Source of the DNA: Cercozoa sp. M6MM | Lineage: Eukaryota; Protista; Endomyxa: Ascetosporea | Assembly: GCA_040357565.1 (NCBI GenBank) | Contig: JBDODJ010000062.1 | DNA: 64,000 bases | Reading direction: 5' to 3' (one strand) | The notes under the pieces: model-generated | Told to the model about the DNA's origin: nothing | The model's input: only the letters and a program-made list of their open reading frames with translations | Databases searched by the model: none | Program-made: the position numbers and the translations under genes | Shown here: piece after piece, positions 26,708 through 40,370 of the stretch | Numbering within the stretch: the first letter of the stretch is position 1 | Layout: every line of letters starts with the position of its first letter

Positions 26708-28254
26708 CTACTCGGTCTCCGAGTCGGCCGTCTGTGCAAAGGCCGGGTCCTCGTCGCGCAGAGCGCGCGTGTAGTGCTGCGATGACGGCCGCAGCGGCGC
26801 GCGCACGTCGAAGAAGGACTTGTCGTCCAGCACGTCGGACAGCACGCCCTTGGACTCGATGCCAAAGTGCGCAAAGAACTCTTCCTGCCCACACACATGT
26901 CAGTGATATCCTGGCCAGTACATGACAAGAAAGCACCCTCGTGCAGTCCGGGTTGGCCTCGCGGAAGGCAATCATTTCCTACAGACATTATCATAGGAAA
27001 CAAACACACGGCGGGGGAGGGGGTTCAGACATCTTTGGTACCTTTGCATCAGCGTCCGTGATGTGCTCATCGTCATCATACACGAGGTGCCACTTCTCGT
27101 CCAAGCTGTCGAATGCCTGTACAGGGGGGGGGGGTAAACTAAGCCAGGGGGTCGGGGCTAAGGAAAGACTGTACAGTCTGCAAGGCGATCGGGTTCACCA
27201 GCGGTCGCACATGCGTCTCTTGGTATGCCTGTGACACACACTCATGAGTACACCAGTAGCAACTCGAGAAAGACGGAAATACCTCTGCAGCGGCCTCCTC
27301 GAGCGTTCGCTGCTGCCGCAAAAGCTTCACGGCCTCACGCACGCGCTGCAGAAAGAAAATACAGAAAAACTGAAACAAAAAAAACACAACAGTCACCTGC
27401 AACGGCATCGTGCGCTTATCCAAAATCGCGATGAGTTCTTGCTTCTCCACGTGCATCTGAGCAAGCCAATCAACGGAGATCACAAAGACAAGAACAGACA
27501 GGGCTGGGGTATACCTCCTTGAGAATGTGCGCCAGGTTCGGTAGTCCATGGTCGCGATCTTCCTCGGGCTTCTGCTCCACCTTGCCTGTGCACAATTAAG
27601 GGTGCACTTTATTAAAAGAGCACTTTGTTAAAGGTGCACGTTATGAAAAGGTACCGAAAGCATCGATCGTGTACGGTGCCTCCAATCTCGGGTCCACGTA
27701 GGCCTTCATCTGCGATGATGCACAAGAGTAGAACAGTCAAAAAAGACATGAGTAATCAATTTCTACCGGCGACTCATCCAAGTCCTCCGGAATGTTGAAA
27801 TTCGTCCACTTTTCGACCTACGCCAGAATACCGATTCTTGTAGCTGGCAACTCCCAAGTCACACAAACAAGACCGATGAAGTACCTTCTCCTTGTCGAGG
27901 ACAAAGTGGCCGTTTCGCGTCCAGTGACCTGACAACCGCTCACATATCGCGCCTGTGGTAGACACATTGCAAGCAAAATTTACCGAGCTTCGATGCTGGC
28001 GCACCGCGGCCCTTGTAGAAGTTCTTGTTGCTGCAACAGTCGCAAATGAAACATCAGATTCTACTTTTTATGGTTTGATTGCCAGGATAATTGATCAAAC
28101 ACAACACAAAATTGCTGCACTAAGCTGCCACTCGTACACACGAACACGCGAAAAACAAGCAGTACGCCATCTTGGACGTCAAGTTGCGCCGTTTGGCCTT
28201 GTTGGCCAGGCATCGCACCTGCCGACCGAAGGTCCGCACCACTGCCCGCTGCAT
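26708..28254 (-). CDS. MRPL41: Mitochondrial ribosomal protein mL41 with a long C-terminal extension
   Basis: Arg-rich presequence MQRAVVRTFGRQVR, then LTSKMANKNFYKGRGAP..LGHWTRNGHFVLD...FNIPEDL..SPMKAYV. Confidence 0.82.
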
Positions 28255-28626
28255 TTGGTGTCTTTGAGTGTGCACGCGCTGGAGTACACTCGTGCGGCCT
28301 CGCGCGCGGACACTCTTACACCAGCTCGATCTGTACAGTGTGGGAATAAAAAGTCAAATTTGGTGGTTTGAGCCGGGTCATTGCCTCAGAATTTTCAGGT
28401 ATTTGGGAGTCTGAGTGTGCGCACGCGTGTTCTGTGACCCGCGGGTGACATGTCGTTTGTGCCAGAGAACGCGTCGGCATTGCACGAGTACGGATTATTC
28501 TGTCGGACAATTTAAAAAAAAAAGTGAGACGAAAAACATGGGTGCGCAGTGTGCTGCTGAACCGACTGCCGGGTTTTGCCGAGTCGCGTGTTCTTGCCGT
28601 TACCGGTGTGTTACTGTTGTGTATCA

Positions 28627-29250
28627 GGTGTGGGAAGAAGTGAATCAGTGTGGTCTCCAATGCAGGTGCCTACTTTAAGAAGCTGAGTGAAAGGTACATT
28701 CCATACAGACATACTGGTGTCGTAAAAGGCAACAAGTCGAGCTTTGCGCAGAGGAGAGTGGACGCCCAGCGAAGAGGAAGCAACAGTGATCAGGTAACTT
28801 GTTGTGCCTGTGTTGTGTGTCGATACAAAGCGAGTTGTGTGTTCTCTGGACAGACGGCGCGACGAGCGACGAGTGCTCAGTTGTATGGTAGCCTGCGGCG
28901 TCGTCCTGCTGGGCACCTTCCCTTTGCTGCGTGTCATCACGTCCAAGGTGAACTTTACCCCCCTCCCCCCATTACTTGCCTTTACCCCCGCCTTCCTCTC
29001 TGGCNNNNNNNNNNNNNNNNNNNNNNNNNNNNNNNNNNNNNNNNNNNNNNNNNNNNNNNNNNNNNNNNNNNNNNNNNNNNNNNNNNNNNNNNNNNNNNNN
29101 NNNNCTTTTACCCCCCCCCCCCCCCTGGCAGATCGTTCGGGCTCGCGCAGCACGTGGCGTCGGCAGCAGCAGCAGCAGTCGCAACAAGGCGGCAACGGCG
29201 ACGGCTGGTTTGGCAAGACGACGCCGGCCGACCCGTGGGGCTCGACATAG
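28627..29250 (+). CDS. Hypothetical protein, interrupted by N gap 29005-29104
   Basis: Short GT..AG-bounded exons, a hydrophobic stretch MVACGVVLLGTFPLL, and last exon ...QQQQQSQQGGNGDGWFGKTTPADPWGST*. Confidence 0.35.
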
Positions 29251-30337
29251 CCTCCTGACCGTCCAATTGACCTGTCAATTTGACCTAACTGACTTGTTGG
29301 CTCAGTTTTATCGGCGCACTATTTTTACCCGACGATAGGAGGGGGTTGGGACCGCATGGCCTCGAGCCGGCGGCAGGTCATTCGAATTGCCGCCCTAATT
29401 GGACCCACTAAGGAAGATACTCAGATGTGCCCCGAGAACCAGGGTCGCGTAATTATAATATGCGCCGAATCGACGCACACAGCACAGCACCTCCGGATAT
29501 CGTGGAAGCTCTTTCGTTGTGCACGTGCAGAAGCTTGTGGGTGGGAGGAGATCTTTTTTCAAGCATATGTGCTTTCAACACCTCAGTTAAACCCTATGCG
29601 ATGTTGTTTCGCAGATTCAAAAGCTGTGCCACAAAGTTCACCGGAACTTGGCTTGGCAAATGCGTACGCTAGTCATTGTTGAACTGCACGCTAAATTTTA
29701 CTCACACTGTGCTGTTGCTAAATGCAGGTTTGCCGCCAGTTTCGCTGATACCGTTGGGCGATAAGCGTACAACATACATCACGTTGCTCCTTTGCATATC
29801 AAGGTGTTCAACTGATACACAGTAACTGCGGACCGATCCGTACGGGTTTGGTTGCGTTTTACAAACAAAAGTGTACCGCTTGACTCTGGGTTGCGAGGAT
29901 AGAAATACTCATTATTAGACCCTATTAGACGATATCGGTACCGACATTCTTGACGGGAGCTCTCGCTTTCAACTTCGACGAGAGGTGCTGTACATAGCGT
30001 GCATGTTAAGTTACTATCGGCATTCATATTGTTGCACGTTTCGAAGTGAGCAACCTTAACACGCGCTCTTCGCTGTCGAGAGCCTTCATTTCGACATGTT
30101 TTACCCCCCAGTGCATTCACATTTGCCAGCACTGATTTACTGCGCTCTTCAGTTAGTCAGATGTTAGGTGGTATTGTTTCTTTTAGGGCCGAAGACAATA
30201 CAAACAGTGATGCAGGCATCGTGCGGATTCCGTCGTGTTCTGGCATCGTGCGTATTCTCTTCCCCCCCCCCCCCCCACACACACACACACACACACTTTA
30301 CACTTCTTAAGGTTGAGTAATGATGTCAGTGGACGGA

Positions 30338-31461
30338 TCACTCAAGATCAGCAGCTTCTGAGACTTCAGCATGTGCGGCCTTCTTTAGGTTGGCCGTGTT
30401 GGACTTCAGTCGGTTCTCCGGGCGCTCGTGGTCGGTGGGACGCGGGCGGCCGCGAGGAGTGTCCGCGCGGACCTCGTCGGGATTGACACGCACATGACGA
30501 GCGACCTCTTCGACCGGGGAGTGCGCTTCATCCGCCTCCGATGCTGCCCAGTGTACATGTGGTAACATATGTAAATACAGTCCGTTTGTAATAACTGACT
30601 AGAGAGGCAGGGATGGAGTACACTTCTTGGAAGACTCAGAGGAGGCAGCGGCGGCAATTTCCATGAGTCGTACTGGGTCCAGTCGGCGGCACTCGTGCTC
30701 CAATGTCAGCGGCCGAAGCAGCGGACGCAGCACATGCGCAAAGGCGGCGAGTTCACGCTGCTGTTTCTGGAGGGCGCGTCGCGAGGCCGAGCAGAGCGAC
30801 GAGAGTGCTGCGCCGGTCTGCATACTCAGTGAGGAGAGACACACCTCGACCGGCGTTCCGAGACTCGCGTGCAGCACCTCGCACATGTCCTTCCGTCTGC
30901 ACAAGTAGTCTAGCTGTATTCTCTTTGAGAGACAGGGAGGAGAGTACGTTCGGTGCAGTGCAGTGGCGGCACAGCGTAGTCGACGCAACTGGAGGAACGG
31001 GTCGTGCCGTGCCTGCGACACCTCACCCGCTTCGTCGTTTCTCTGTCGACATACACTTAGGGGGTGGGGTAAAGTCTTCCAGGTGAAGGACTCACGTAGC
31101 GCGACTTCATGAGCACGTGCAGTTGGCGCCACTCGTTGCGCTGCCGGTCGTGCAGCGACTGTGTCCGCGCGGACAGCTGGTGCAACTCGTGCTCCTGCAG
31201 CAGTGCGCTGCCAGGTGGGGAGTGGGGGGTACTTGACTCGTATAAAGTTACACACGTCTGAGAGATGAAGAAACTTACATTTGCTGTTGCTCACAGCGAC
31301 GCTTGATACCTGCAGCAGCGCTCATGGTCTTCTCGCCCTGCTCACGTCGTATTTTCTTAAACATACACATCGTGTCTATTATACTGTTCATACAGGTATA
31401 AATCCGTAAACATACTGACATAAACTCACAATACACCAACAAATACGATTCTCAAAGAAGA

Positions 31462-31522
<61 letters not shown>

Positions 31523-33962
31523 ATTTATATGTATATAGTCAACACAGTCTACCAACACAAGCAGTGCGCGCGGTGTGAGTCGCATGGCTCGGTGCGCACT
31601 CAACAGGGCACCGCACGCGTTGCGCGTGTCGCGCGTTTCGCTAAATCGCTGTGCAGTCGTTTCGTCCGGGTCGCGCAGCCACACTAAAAACAGTAGCGGA
31701 TACAGACTAACTTCCGTGACCCCCCCTAATCTTCTGACCACCATACCAGTCTGTTCGGCAGTGATTCGAGCGTCGGTGGCGACGGCGTTGATGCGCAGAC
31801 GTTGCTGAGCGGCTTCCGGACTGGTTTCGAGTTGTTTCTACGGGATAAATGGGAGGGGTAGGGAAGGGATAGGGGAGGGGTAGGGTAAGGATAGGGGAGA
31901 AGGGGTAAGGGCAAGGGTAAGGGTAAGGGTAAGGGGCAGGGGGTCACCTCGGCAGCGAGCAGGTGGAGTTTCTGCTCACTAGCGGCCGTGTCGAGTCGGC
32001 GCAGAAGACGCGCAACGCGCTGCGGCAGCTGCGTCACCGAGTGCAGCGACGACATCAGCAGACGGTGCCACTGCTGGATGCGGTTCCACCTGTTGCCATA
32101 CCAGAAGTCTATATATAATTATATACATAAATTTATATATATATATATATAGATATGTGTGTATGTATAGAAATATAATACATATACATAGAGAGAATGT
32201 ATAAACACACACACAGTGAATACTCAAAGCAGGGTGTACTCGCAGTCATCCATGGCAGCAGCGAAAGCGACGTGGTTTCGCATCTCGTCGATTTTCGCGT
32301 TCGAGTGGAACTGCCGCTCGAGTATCTGACATCCCAAAAAAAGAGTATATGGCCCGTTTACAGAACTCCCCCATACTAGTCGGTACAGTTGTACCTCGGT
32401 CACTCCGAGGTGCTTCCACTTGCGCTGCATGCGATGCGTCAATTCGCGTGGCTTGAACTTCACCTGGAACACTGGCTGGTCCTCGGGCACTGCCTTGGCA
32501 CGTGGCGACTCGGCACGAGGCATTTCGATCGCCAACTCCTCTGTGCCAGTAGCTGTACTAGGATAAACTTGTCTGGAGTCAGTTTACCAGAGACGATTTC
32601 GAGTTCGACTTCAGCGAGTTTGGCACCCTGTAAGAAGCTCGCTTGGGTTATGTCTTCTCGGAATTGAAAGACTGTTTCTTACGCTTTCGGCGAGTGCAGT
32701 CGCCACGTTTTTCGGCACTTCGACGCCCTCTCTGTGTATGACCAGACTCATCGACCCATCGAGAGACAAAGTGAACAGTCAGTGGGATCTGTACTTTCGA
32801 GCAGCTGTAGCAGCAGCTTGAAGCACATCAAAGAAGGTCTTTCGCGTCGAAGTTTGCGCCAGTGTGGCCGCTTGCAGCAGCGAACTCTGTTTCAACAGGT
32901 GAAGGAAGCTGGTAGAAAACTGAGAAACTGACTACCTCCAAGAGTGCCGAGTCCTTCTCTTGAGTCGCTTTTTTCAACTGCTCTTCGCACTCGATTTCGC
33001 GCTCAATTTCCTGCAATTTGACACACTCAAGTTTCAAGGAAACATGCAGATTGACTGATGTGAAGTGTACTCGCAGGGCGTCGCGCGCCTGTTGCGACCA
33101 CCGACCGAGAGCCGCGCGGATGGTTTCTCTCTGTTCAATAAGGTTCGGATCAGTTTCGATCTGACAAATGCAAAAAAGAACGAACGACTGGTCTTACCTG
33201 TCGCTGTGAGACAAAAGGCATGGCCTCCAGCACCGTTTTTGACGAGATCTGTTTTCAATTTTTCCAGTTTCTTCCAGTGGTTGTTCTTAATCAAGTCAAC
33301 AAAGGCAACACCTCGTCCGAGTCGATGATTTTGAGTTGGATCAGTTTCGTAGTGGCACCTTGAGCCACCTCCTTGCCTTCCACGAGCTGCACACATGTCC
33401 ACCATGAGAGGAACGATTCGACCACACTACACGGGTGATACAGCAACGACATTGACGAGTGTCTGCGCCTGACGAGTCTTCAGTCCTCGTGTCAGCAGTT
33501 TGTGCACCTGGGTATTCCAACAGATACCTTGGAGGGGTGGAGTGGGTTGGGGGGGAGGTAAAGCAAGCATACAGGAGCACAGGACATGAAGAAGCGTTGG
33601 AAGCGCCAGCGCAGCCACATGCGCTGCACGGTGCCGAAGATGCGCTCGTGCACCACCGTGTACAACTGTACACAATAGCCAAAACTCTCCCTTAAAACAA
33701 AACCGTTTTGACCCCATGAATCAACTGATACTTTCTCGAACAGATCGAGCGCCTTCTGACGAAAGAAAACGCGAGTTTTGCCCACTTGGACATCTTCATT
33801 GGCATGTGCCTTTTTCGAACATGAAACCAGATAGGTCAGTTTTAGTCGAGAGGGCAGTTTTATTACCTTGGACAAGTCGTGTTTCAGTGCGTTCAACAGT
33901 CGATCCACGGCAGCTTTCCACTCGGCCCTGGCGTCGCTTCTGTTTCACATAGACTCTTATTG

Positions 33963-34011
<49 letters not shown>

Positions 34012-37000
34012 GAATAGTATGGTACTCTTTCTTGGATTTGGCATTGGCTTTCGTCATCAAGTCGCGCACCTGTGTATTGCGTATGGGGGAGGGGGATAAA
34101 GGGAGGCAGGAGGTACCTTGACACGTTCGGTGTCGTCTTCGAGAGCGTAGATGTATCGGTCCACGAAGCGTTGGAACAGTCGGCGGTGCTCATAGCCAGC
34201 ACGACGGACCTGTACAGTTGGACTAGGTACAGTTGGACCAGGTACGGTTGGGCCAGGCAGTTAGTACAGTCCAGACGGACTAGATACTGTACTGAGGATT
34301 GCTGGTACCCGCAATGCCTCGAAGACGCCGCCGTACTCGAGTTGCTCCAGGACCTGTCCGAGGGGATTAAGGGGGTTAAGGGGGTTAAGGGGGGTTAAGG
34401 GGAGTAGGCTACATAGACTGCGTCGAAGAGACCCGGGTCGCGAGCAGCGTTTGGATTGATGCACCTCACGTAGAACGGGTGCGTCGCCTTTATTGCCCTG
34501 TCGGGGTAGGGGTAAGGGGTGGTAGGATAAGGGGGCAAAGGGGGCGAAGGGGGGGGGGGGGTAAAAACTCACTCGTCAAGATCGCCGAGCTGACCGACGA
34601 AAATCGTCGCCGTCGAATGCGTCTTGCGTCTCTATTTTAAGTGAGTATATAAAGGTGTGATTAAGGGGTGATTAAGGGGTGTTAAGGGGTGATTAAGGGG
34701 TGATTAAGGGGTAATTAAGGTGGTAATTAAGGTGGTGATTAAAGGAGTGATTAAGGGGTACTCAAAAGGGGTGAGATGGCCAGGATACCGACTCAGCCTC
34801 GCTGTAGCGTTGCATGTGCATCTTGACCAGAGCACTGGCCAGTGGCAGCTTGCTCTCTGCCACCGCCTCGGCCAAGGCACCTGGAAGTAGGGAGTGGGGA
34901 GGGGTAAGGGGGCAGAGGGGATGAAGGGGGAAAAGGGGTAAAGGGGACGAACGGAGCTACCAGCCAGTTGGTTGCGATTGCGATCGAGGAAGTCACCGAC
35001 GTCGTACTGCACCTCGCCGGCGTAGTGCTTGATCTGGACAGAGAGCGAGTTCACTCTTTACCCCCCTGTTTACCCTCCTGTTTACCCTCCTGTTTACCCC
35101 CAAGTAAAGCACACAGGAGTACCAAGAAGTGAGTGCGCCGCTTGGAGCGCAATACTTCGTAAAACGCGTGATTCTCGAACTTTTTGTTGCATTTGTCGGT
35201 GAAGCCTTGCTCCGAACCTAGGAAAAAAGGTAGGGAGAAGGGTAGGGTAGGGTAGAGTAGGGTAGGGTGGGAGTATGTACCATTGGGCAGCAGCAACTCT
35301 TCATTCAACACGTCCACGACGCCGCCTGAATCACAGGTATGTTGAGGAGGGTATGGGAGAGGGGTATATAAGGGTGCACCCTGTCCACTGAACAACTCGA
35401 CGCAAGGCTTGTTGTCGCGGAAGGCAATGTCTACGGGGGGGGGGCCGGCAAAACACAGGGAGTAAACAGGGTAAAGAGCGGGTAAAGGGGGGTTAAAAGG
35501 AGGTAAGCAGGGGGTAAACAGAGGATAAAGAGCGAGGTAAAGAGCGAGGTAAAGAGAGGTAAAGAGCGAGATAAACAGGGGGTAAACAGGGGGCAAACAG
35601 GGAAGTGAGTAAATATACCTTCGGTCGGAATGCCTTCCTCTCGGTGCTCCTCCAGTTCCTGTTCTCCTTAAACAAACCAAAAATAGCCAGTAGCCAAAGG
35701 CACCTTTATTTTTTTTTCAGGGGGAAGGTCCAACCTGCTCGAACACGTGTTCGTTAAAGTGCCGCTGCAGCGTCTCATTCGCGAAGTTTATGCAGAACTG
35801 CGCGAATCTGGGGAGGGAGTCAAAGGGAGGGTCAAACAGAGGGTCAAAGGGAGGGTCAAAGGGCGGGTCAAAGGGCGGGTCAAAGTTCATAACTGCACCG
35901 GTTCGTGTCGAAAATCTCAAAACCGAAAATATCCAGCACGCCGAGTGTGACGGCATCTTCCCTAAAATTTGTTTCACCCATCCGCGCGGACACGACACCA
36001 GCAAACAAGTATGTCCGTACAGTAGAACAAATTTACTTGGGAATCGACTCGCCTTTGGTGCACGTATTTATGCAGTCCTGTGGGGGTAAGGGGTAAAGAG
36101 GGGTAGAGGGGAGTAAAGAGGGGGTGAAGAGGGGGTAAAGAGGTAAAGAGGGTAAAGAGGGTAAAGAGGGGTAAAGAGGAGGTGAAGAGGGGAGTAAAGA
36201 GGGGGTAAAGAGGGAAGTAAAGAGGGGGTAAAGATGGGGTAAAGAGGGGGGTTGAAGGGGGTAAAGCAAGAAGATACCACGAGGTGGTCGAACAGCAGTG
36301 CATACAAGGTTTTGACGAGCGAGTCGCGATTCGCCTTGGCAGCGTCCGGGTTGAGTGCCACGAGTGTCGTTTCTCCTACGGGGAAGGGGAGGGTAAGGGG
36401 TATAAATACACACACAGAGAGACACCCTGCACAGTGATGGCACGCGACGACAGTGCCTTGGCGACTGCTTCTCCATCGCTTTCATCTGGGGGGGGGGGGG
36501 GTAAAGAGAATAGGGGTATGGGTAAAGACCAACTGTACCTAAGTGCAATAACGCCAATGCTGTCTCTAGGTCCTCTCTTGTCTACGGGCGGTAGGGGGTA
36601 AAAGTGGAGGTAGGGTAGAGGTGTAAAGGACATACGGCGTCAGTGACACGAGAGGAGTCGCCGGGTGCCTCTTCGAACTCGACGTTGCCGAGCCACAGCA
36701 GGGCCGACAGGAGTCGCCACACCTCCAGCTGTCTCTCCGCCGAGAAACCAAAGGCACTCAGTCCGTCCAGCAACTCGTCCAACTCGGCGTCCTCGTCGCG
36801 TGCCTCCACCTCGCGCAGTGCGCCATTGTTGTCACCTCGCAGCATTGCAAAGTCATCTGGGGGTAGGGGTAACAGAGGGAAAGTAAGGAGTCAGGGTGCA
36901 AAGGAGGTAAGGGTAGGAAGTAGAAGGAGGGGGGTAAAGCTGCTACCAGGCGTAACGACGTGATTGTTGACGAAGAGTTTCGCATCAGCCGCGACGTCGC

Positions 37001-38493
37001 TGTCGCGTCTTGCCATACACAGCATCTACATGGTATACACTAGTTATACTCCCTTCCCCTATACCCCCTCTTACCCCACTTTGCCCCCTCTTTACCCTCT
37101 CACCCCTACATTACCCCTGTGCCCTTGTACCGAGTAGAAGGCGTGGAAGTTGCGCTCGCCAGCGCCGACACGAACGACTCGCGACTGCTCGAGCAAATAA
37201 TGCGTCTGCTCGCATCCGACCACGGCCATGCTGCGAACACTCCCTTCCGCAGTTCCATACATAGCCTCCTTCCTAAGCAAGTTGTACCCTTTGGACGAGT
37301 CGAGTGTCAAACTGAGCCACTTGCCGAATCTTGACGAATTCTGCGAGGGAGAGGTAGAGGAGGTAAGACTAAAGGAAGGAAGGCAGGAAAACCTTGTTGC
37401 GCACAGTGCACGCGTTGCCGAAAGCTTCGAGAATGGGCGACGACTTGAGCACGAGTTGGTCCAAGTCGAGCTGCATGACACGCCCAGGATATCACACGTG
37501 GTCACTCAGTTTAACAGAGAAGCATACGTCATTGCCACCCGCTTGTGCAGACGGTAGACACTCGGCCACATAAGTTAGCACACTGGGAGAAGGTACAATA
37601 GCCAAGAAGTGCCGCAAACTGAAGATACCGTCGCACGAGGAAGGTCTTGCCACTGCCACTCTCGCCTGTCACCACGAGCGACTGCGAGAGCTGGTCCTAT
37701 TGAGGTACAGCGGTACCTTGGTAACTGGAAGGAACATTAACGGTCACAGTTAAACCCGCTGTATGGCTTGCAGTGCTGCCGCTGTGACACCGTAGGCATG
37801 TGGCTTGTTGCTCTGTCATTGTTTCACCTCTCTGCCATGAATACACGCTATCACAAAACTGTACCAATGGAGAATCCGATGCGCGGTAGAAACTCGCTTG
37901 TGCTTCGTCGTACACTCCACTCTGAAGAAAATTCAAGGCAGAAGTAAAGTATACAAAGAGTGTCGGAAGTCAAATATAGCTTTACGCGAGGCTCGTGCGG
38001 ATTCAGCGAAACGAGGATCGACCCGACGCCGACAAAGACTGCTTTGTTTTCGAACTGTTGTCTCACCTGTCAAAGGAGTCATTAGTAAAGAAAGAAAATG
38101 AGAAGGCACAGAAGCGACAACTCACCTGCCACAGGACGGCACCGTGCGAGAATTCGGCCAGTTCCACAAGATTCGGAACGCTGAGGAAAACAAGATGCTT
38201 TAAAAATACCGGGCTGCTCTAAACAGCGCTAGATACCGCTCAGTGAAGGACGTGTGTGCAGCAATGTCGCATTCGGCCAGTTTTTCAGGCTTGATGCGCA
38301 GCTCTCCATGTTTCTCCTGTCAAAAGTCATTCAGTGTTTTCCGTCGAGCAAACTAAAGTGACCATGAGGAGTGTACGGTTTGCAAGAGCACGCGTCCGTC
38401 TTCCGTAGAGCCCGCAACACGTGCAGGCAAGAAGCAGTGCTTCGGGTGTGGTGCCCACACCCAAGTGTCCACGGGAAAAGGCAGGCTAGGCAT
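30338..38493 (-). CDS. Unconventional myosin heavy chain (N-terminal SH3-like domain, motor, IQ-like motif, unrecognised tail)
   Basis: TWVWAPHP, ILVSLNP, P-loop GESGSGKT, EAFGNARTVRNKNSSRFGK, YLLEQSRVV...ERNFHAFY, LDIFGFE, QFCINFANETLQ, IKHYAGEVQY, FYVRCINPN, GKTRVFFR. Tail exons continue in the same orientation to the stop at 30338. Confidence 0.93.
34655..34760. repeat. Intronic minisatellite (GGGGTGATTAA)n
   Basis: About 9 degenerate 11-12 nt units seen directly. Confidence 0.9.
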
Positions 38494-38947
38494 TGACGAC
38501 GACTGACTTCTGACTTGAGTGCCGACACGAAAACTGCCAACTGACTTGATTCGCCTTTGGCTTGATTTGGATTTACTTTGCACTAGCAGCCGAATTCGGT
38601 TTCTATCAGGACCGACAACAAAACCAGGACATTGAGTAACCCCGGAAAACCCGACTTAAGGCAGACCTGCGGTGGGGCGCGAAACTGCATGACAACCCGT
38701 GCCCTGTTTCCATCAATACCCGTAGATCTGTAAGATTTTCCACTGTTTACGCTGGAACCCAAGTTCTTACGCCTCTCTTTGTGTGGAAACTGCAGTGGAA
38801 AATACTGTACAATCAAGAGCACGGTTCGCCGCAATCGAAACCCTGAACCTGGATCGATTCAATACTGCACAGGACTCCGACATAAAAAGTTTAGAAAAAC
38901 TAAGTCCTGCAAAACTCACCAAATCTAGCATAGTTTTGTGTGCCGGC

Positions 38948-40284
38948 ATGTCAGCATCCGTCAGCAGTGCGCCCAGCGAGTCGGCAAGCACTGGCGATGT
39001 GGACTCTGCGCTTCGTGAACTCGATGTATTGCATTTTAGTTTTTTTCTTCAGGTTTTATTCTTTCTGGATTCTTGTGCTGTCGTTAGAGAAGCGTCCGCG
39101 TGGATGAGCGACGCGGTGAAGTGACCCGCATTTTGAAGGTATTGGTGTTTGAGGTAACCTGCGAAGGATCTACCACTCGCTTGCGCGCAGGCACCAAAGC
39201 TAAACCCGTTTATCATTCTGGGTGTTCCAACGACCGCGACTGGACCATCAATTCAGGTATGTTTCATTTCATGTGAGTTTATCGCTTAGTGCACAACTGA
39301 CTGTTTGACTGCAGAAACAGTACCGCAAATTGTCGCTGTTTGTGCATCCCGATAAGTGCCGCGACTTTCAAGAGGGTGCTCGTTGTTTGTTTGCTGAGTA
39401 TTGGAGGACTGCACGACTGTGTTTGTTTAGATGCCAGACGTGCATTCGAAAAGCTTGACAAGGCCAAAACGCAGCTGCTTGATGCCGAACAACGCGCGCA
39501 ACTGTCCGAGCTTGTACCCTATCACTCGTGCACTTTATGCGAGAGGTGTATTTTTAACTTTTAACAGGTGAACATGGCACGAGAGAACGCTCAGAAAAAG
39601 CGCGACGAAATTGAAAAGCAAAAACGCATCGAGCAGCTTGAAAAAGGTCTATTCTCGCCCTCGTTCTTAACTGTAGGTTTTTGAGATGGCCGAAATGCGT
39701 GAGTGTGGAATTCTGCAGAAGCGAACCAGAGCGACGGCGAAGAGAAAGAAGACGAAGAAGCAAGCATCTCTACCGAAAAGGTAAATCTTTGTCGCGAACA
39801 AGAAAGCTTGGGTGTGTATGTACGTCGTTCCTTGCAGAAAACGGAACTGGCCTACGACCACGATTTCGAACTCGAAGTTCTCAACGAACTCAACGAAATT
39901 CTCATTGTAGCTTGGCTTCCCCTTTTTGTTGTGTTTTCCCACATATGTTGCATTTGCACAGGCAAGAGAATGGGAGCGGAGACAACAAGAGCGCCATACT
40001 CGGTACTCTTGGTCTAACTTAAGCGTAGTCACGCCTCTTCTATTCTGATAATCCACAGAGAGATGGAACGACGCACGCAGGAACAAGTAGACCAGCTGCG
40101 ACAGGCCAAGGTGCACCAGAATATACTCTCCCCAAGACTTGCGCTTGCACCAACACCCGGGTGTGCGTGAAAGCAGGTTGAAGCCGAAAAGGTGCGCAAG
40201 CAGTGGGAGCAATCGCGCGACAAGCGCGTCTCCAACTGGCGCGACTTCTCGAAGCGCAAGAAGAAGAAGCGTCGCGTTGTTTAG
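38948..40284 (+). CDS. DNAJC8: DnaJ homolog subfamily C member 8 (SPF31), 11 exons
   Basis: LNPFIILGV...KQYRKLSLFVHPDK (J domain) and C-terminal WEQSRDKRVSNWRDF. Confidence 0.92.
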
Positions 40285-40370
40285 CCACCGCTGCTCGTTA
40301 ACTAACATTCCGCGTAGAAATCAAATGAGACGAAACGGCTCTCCGGAACCCGTGTTGGCAGACGAGTTCA

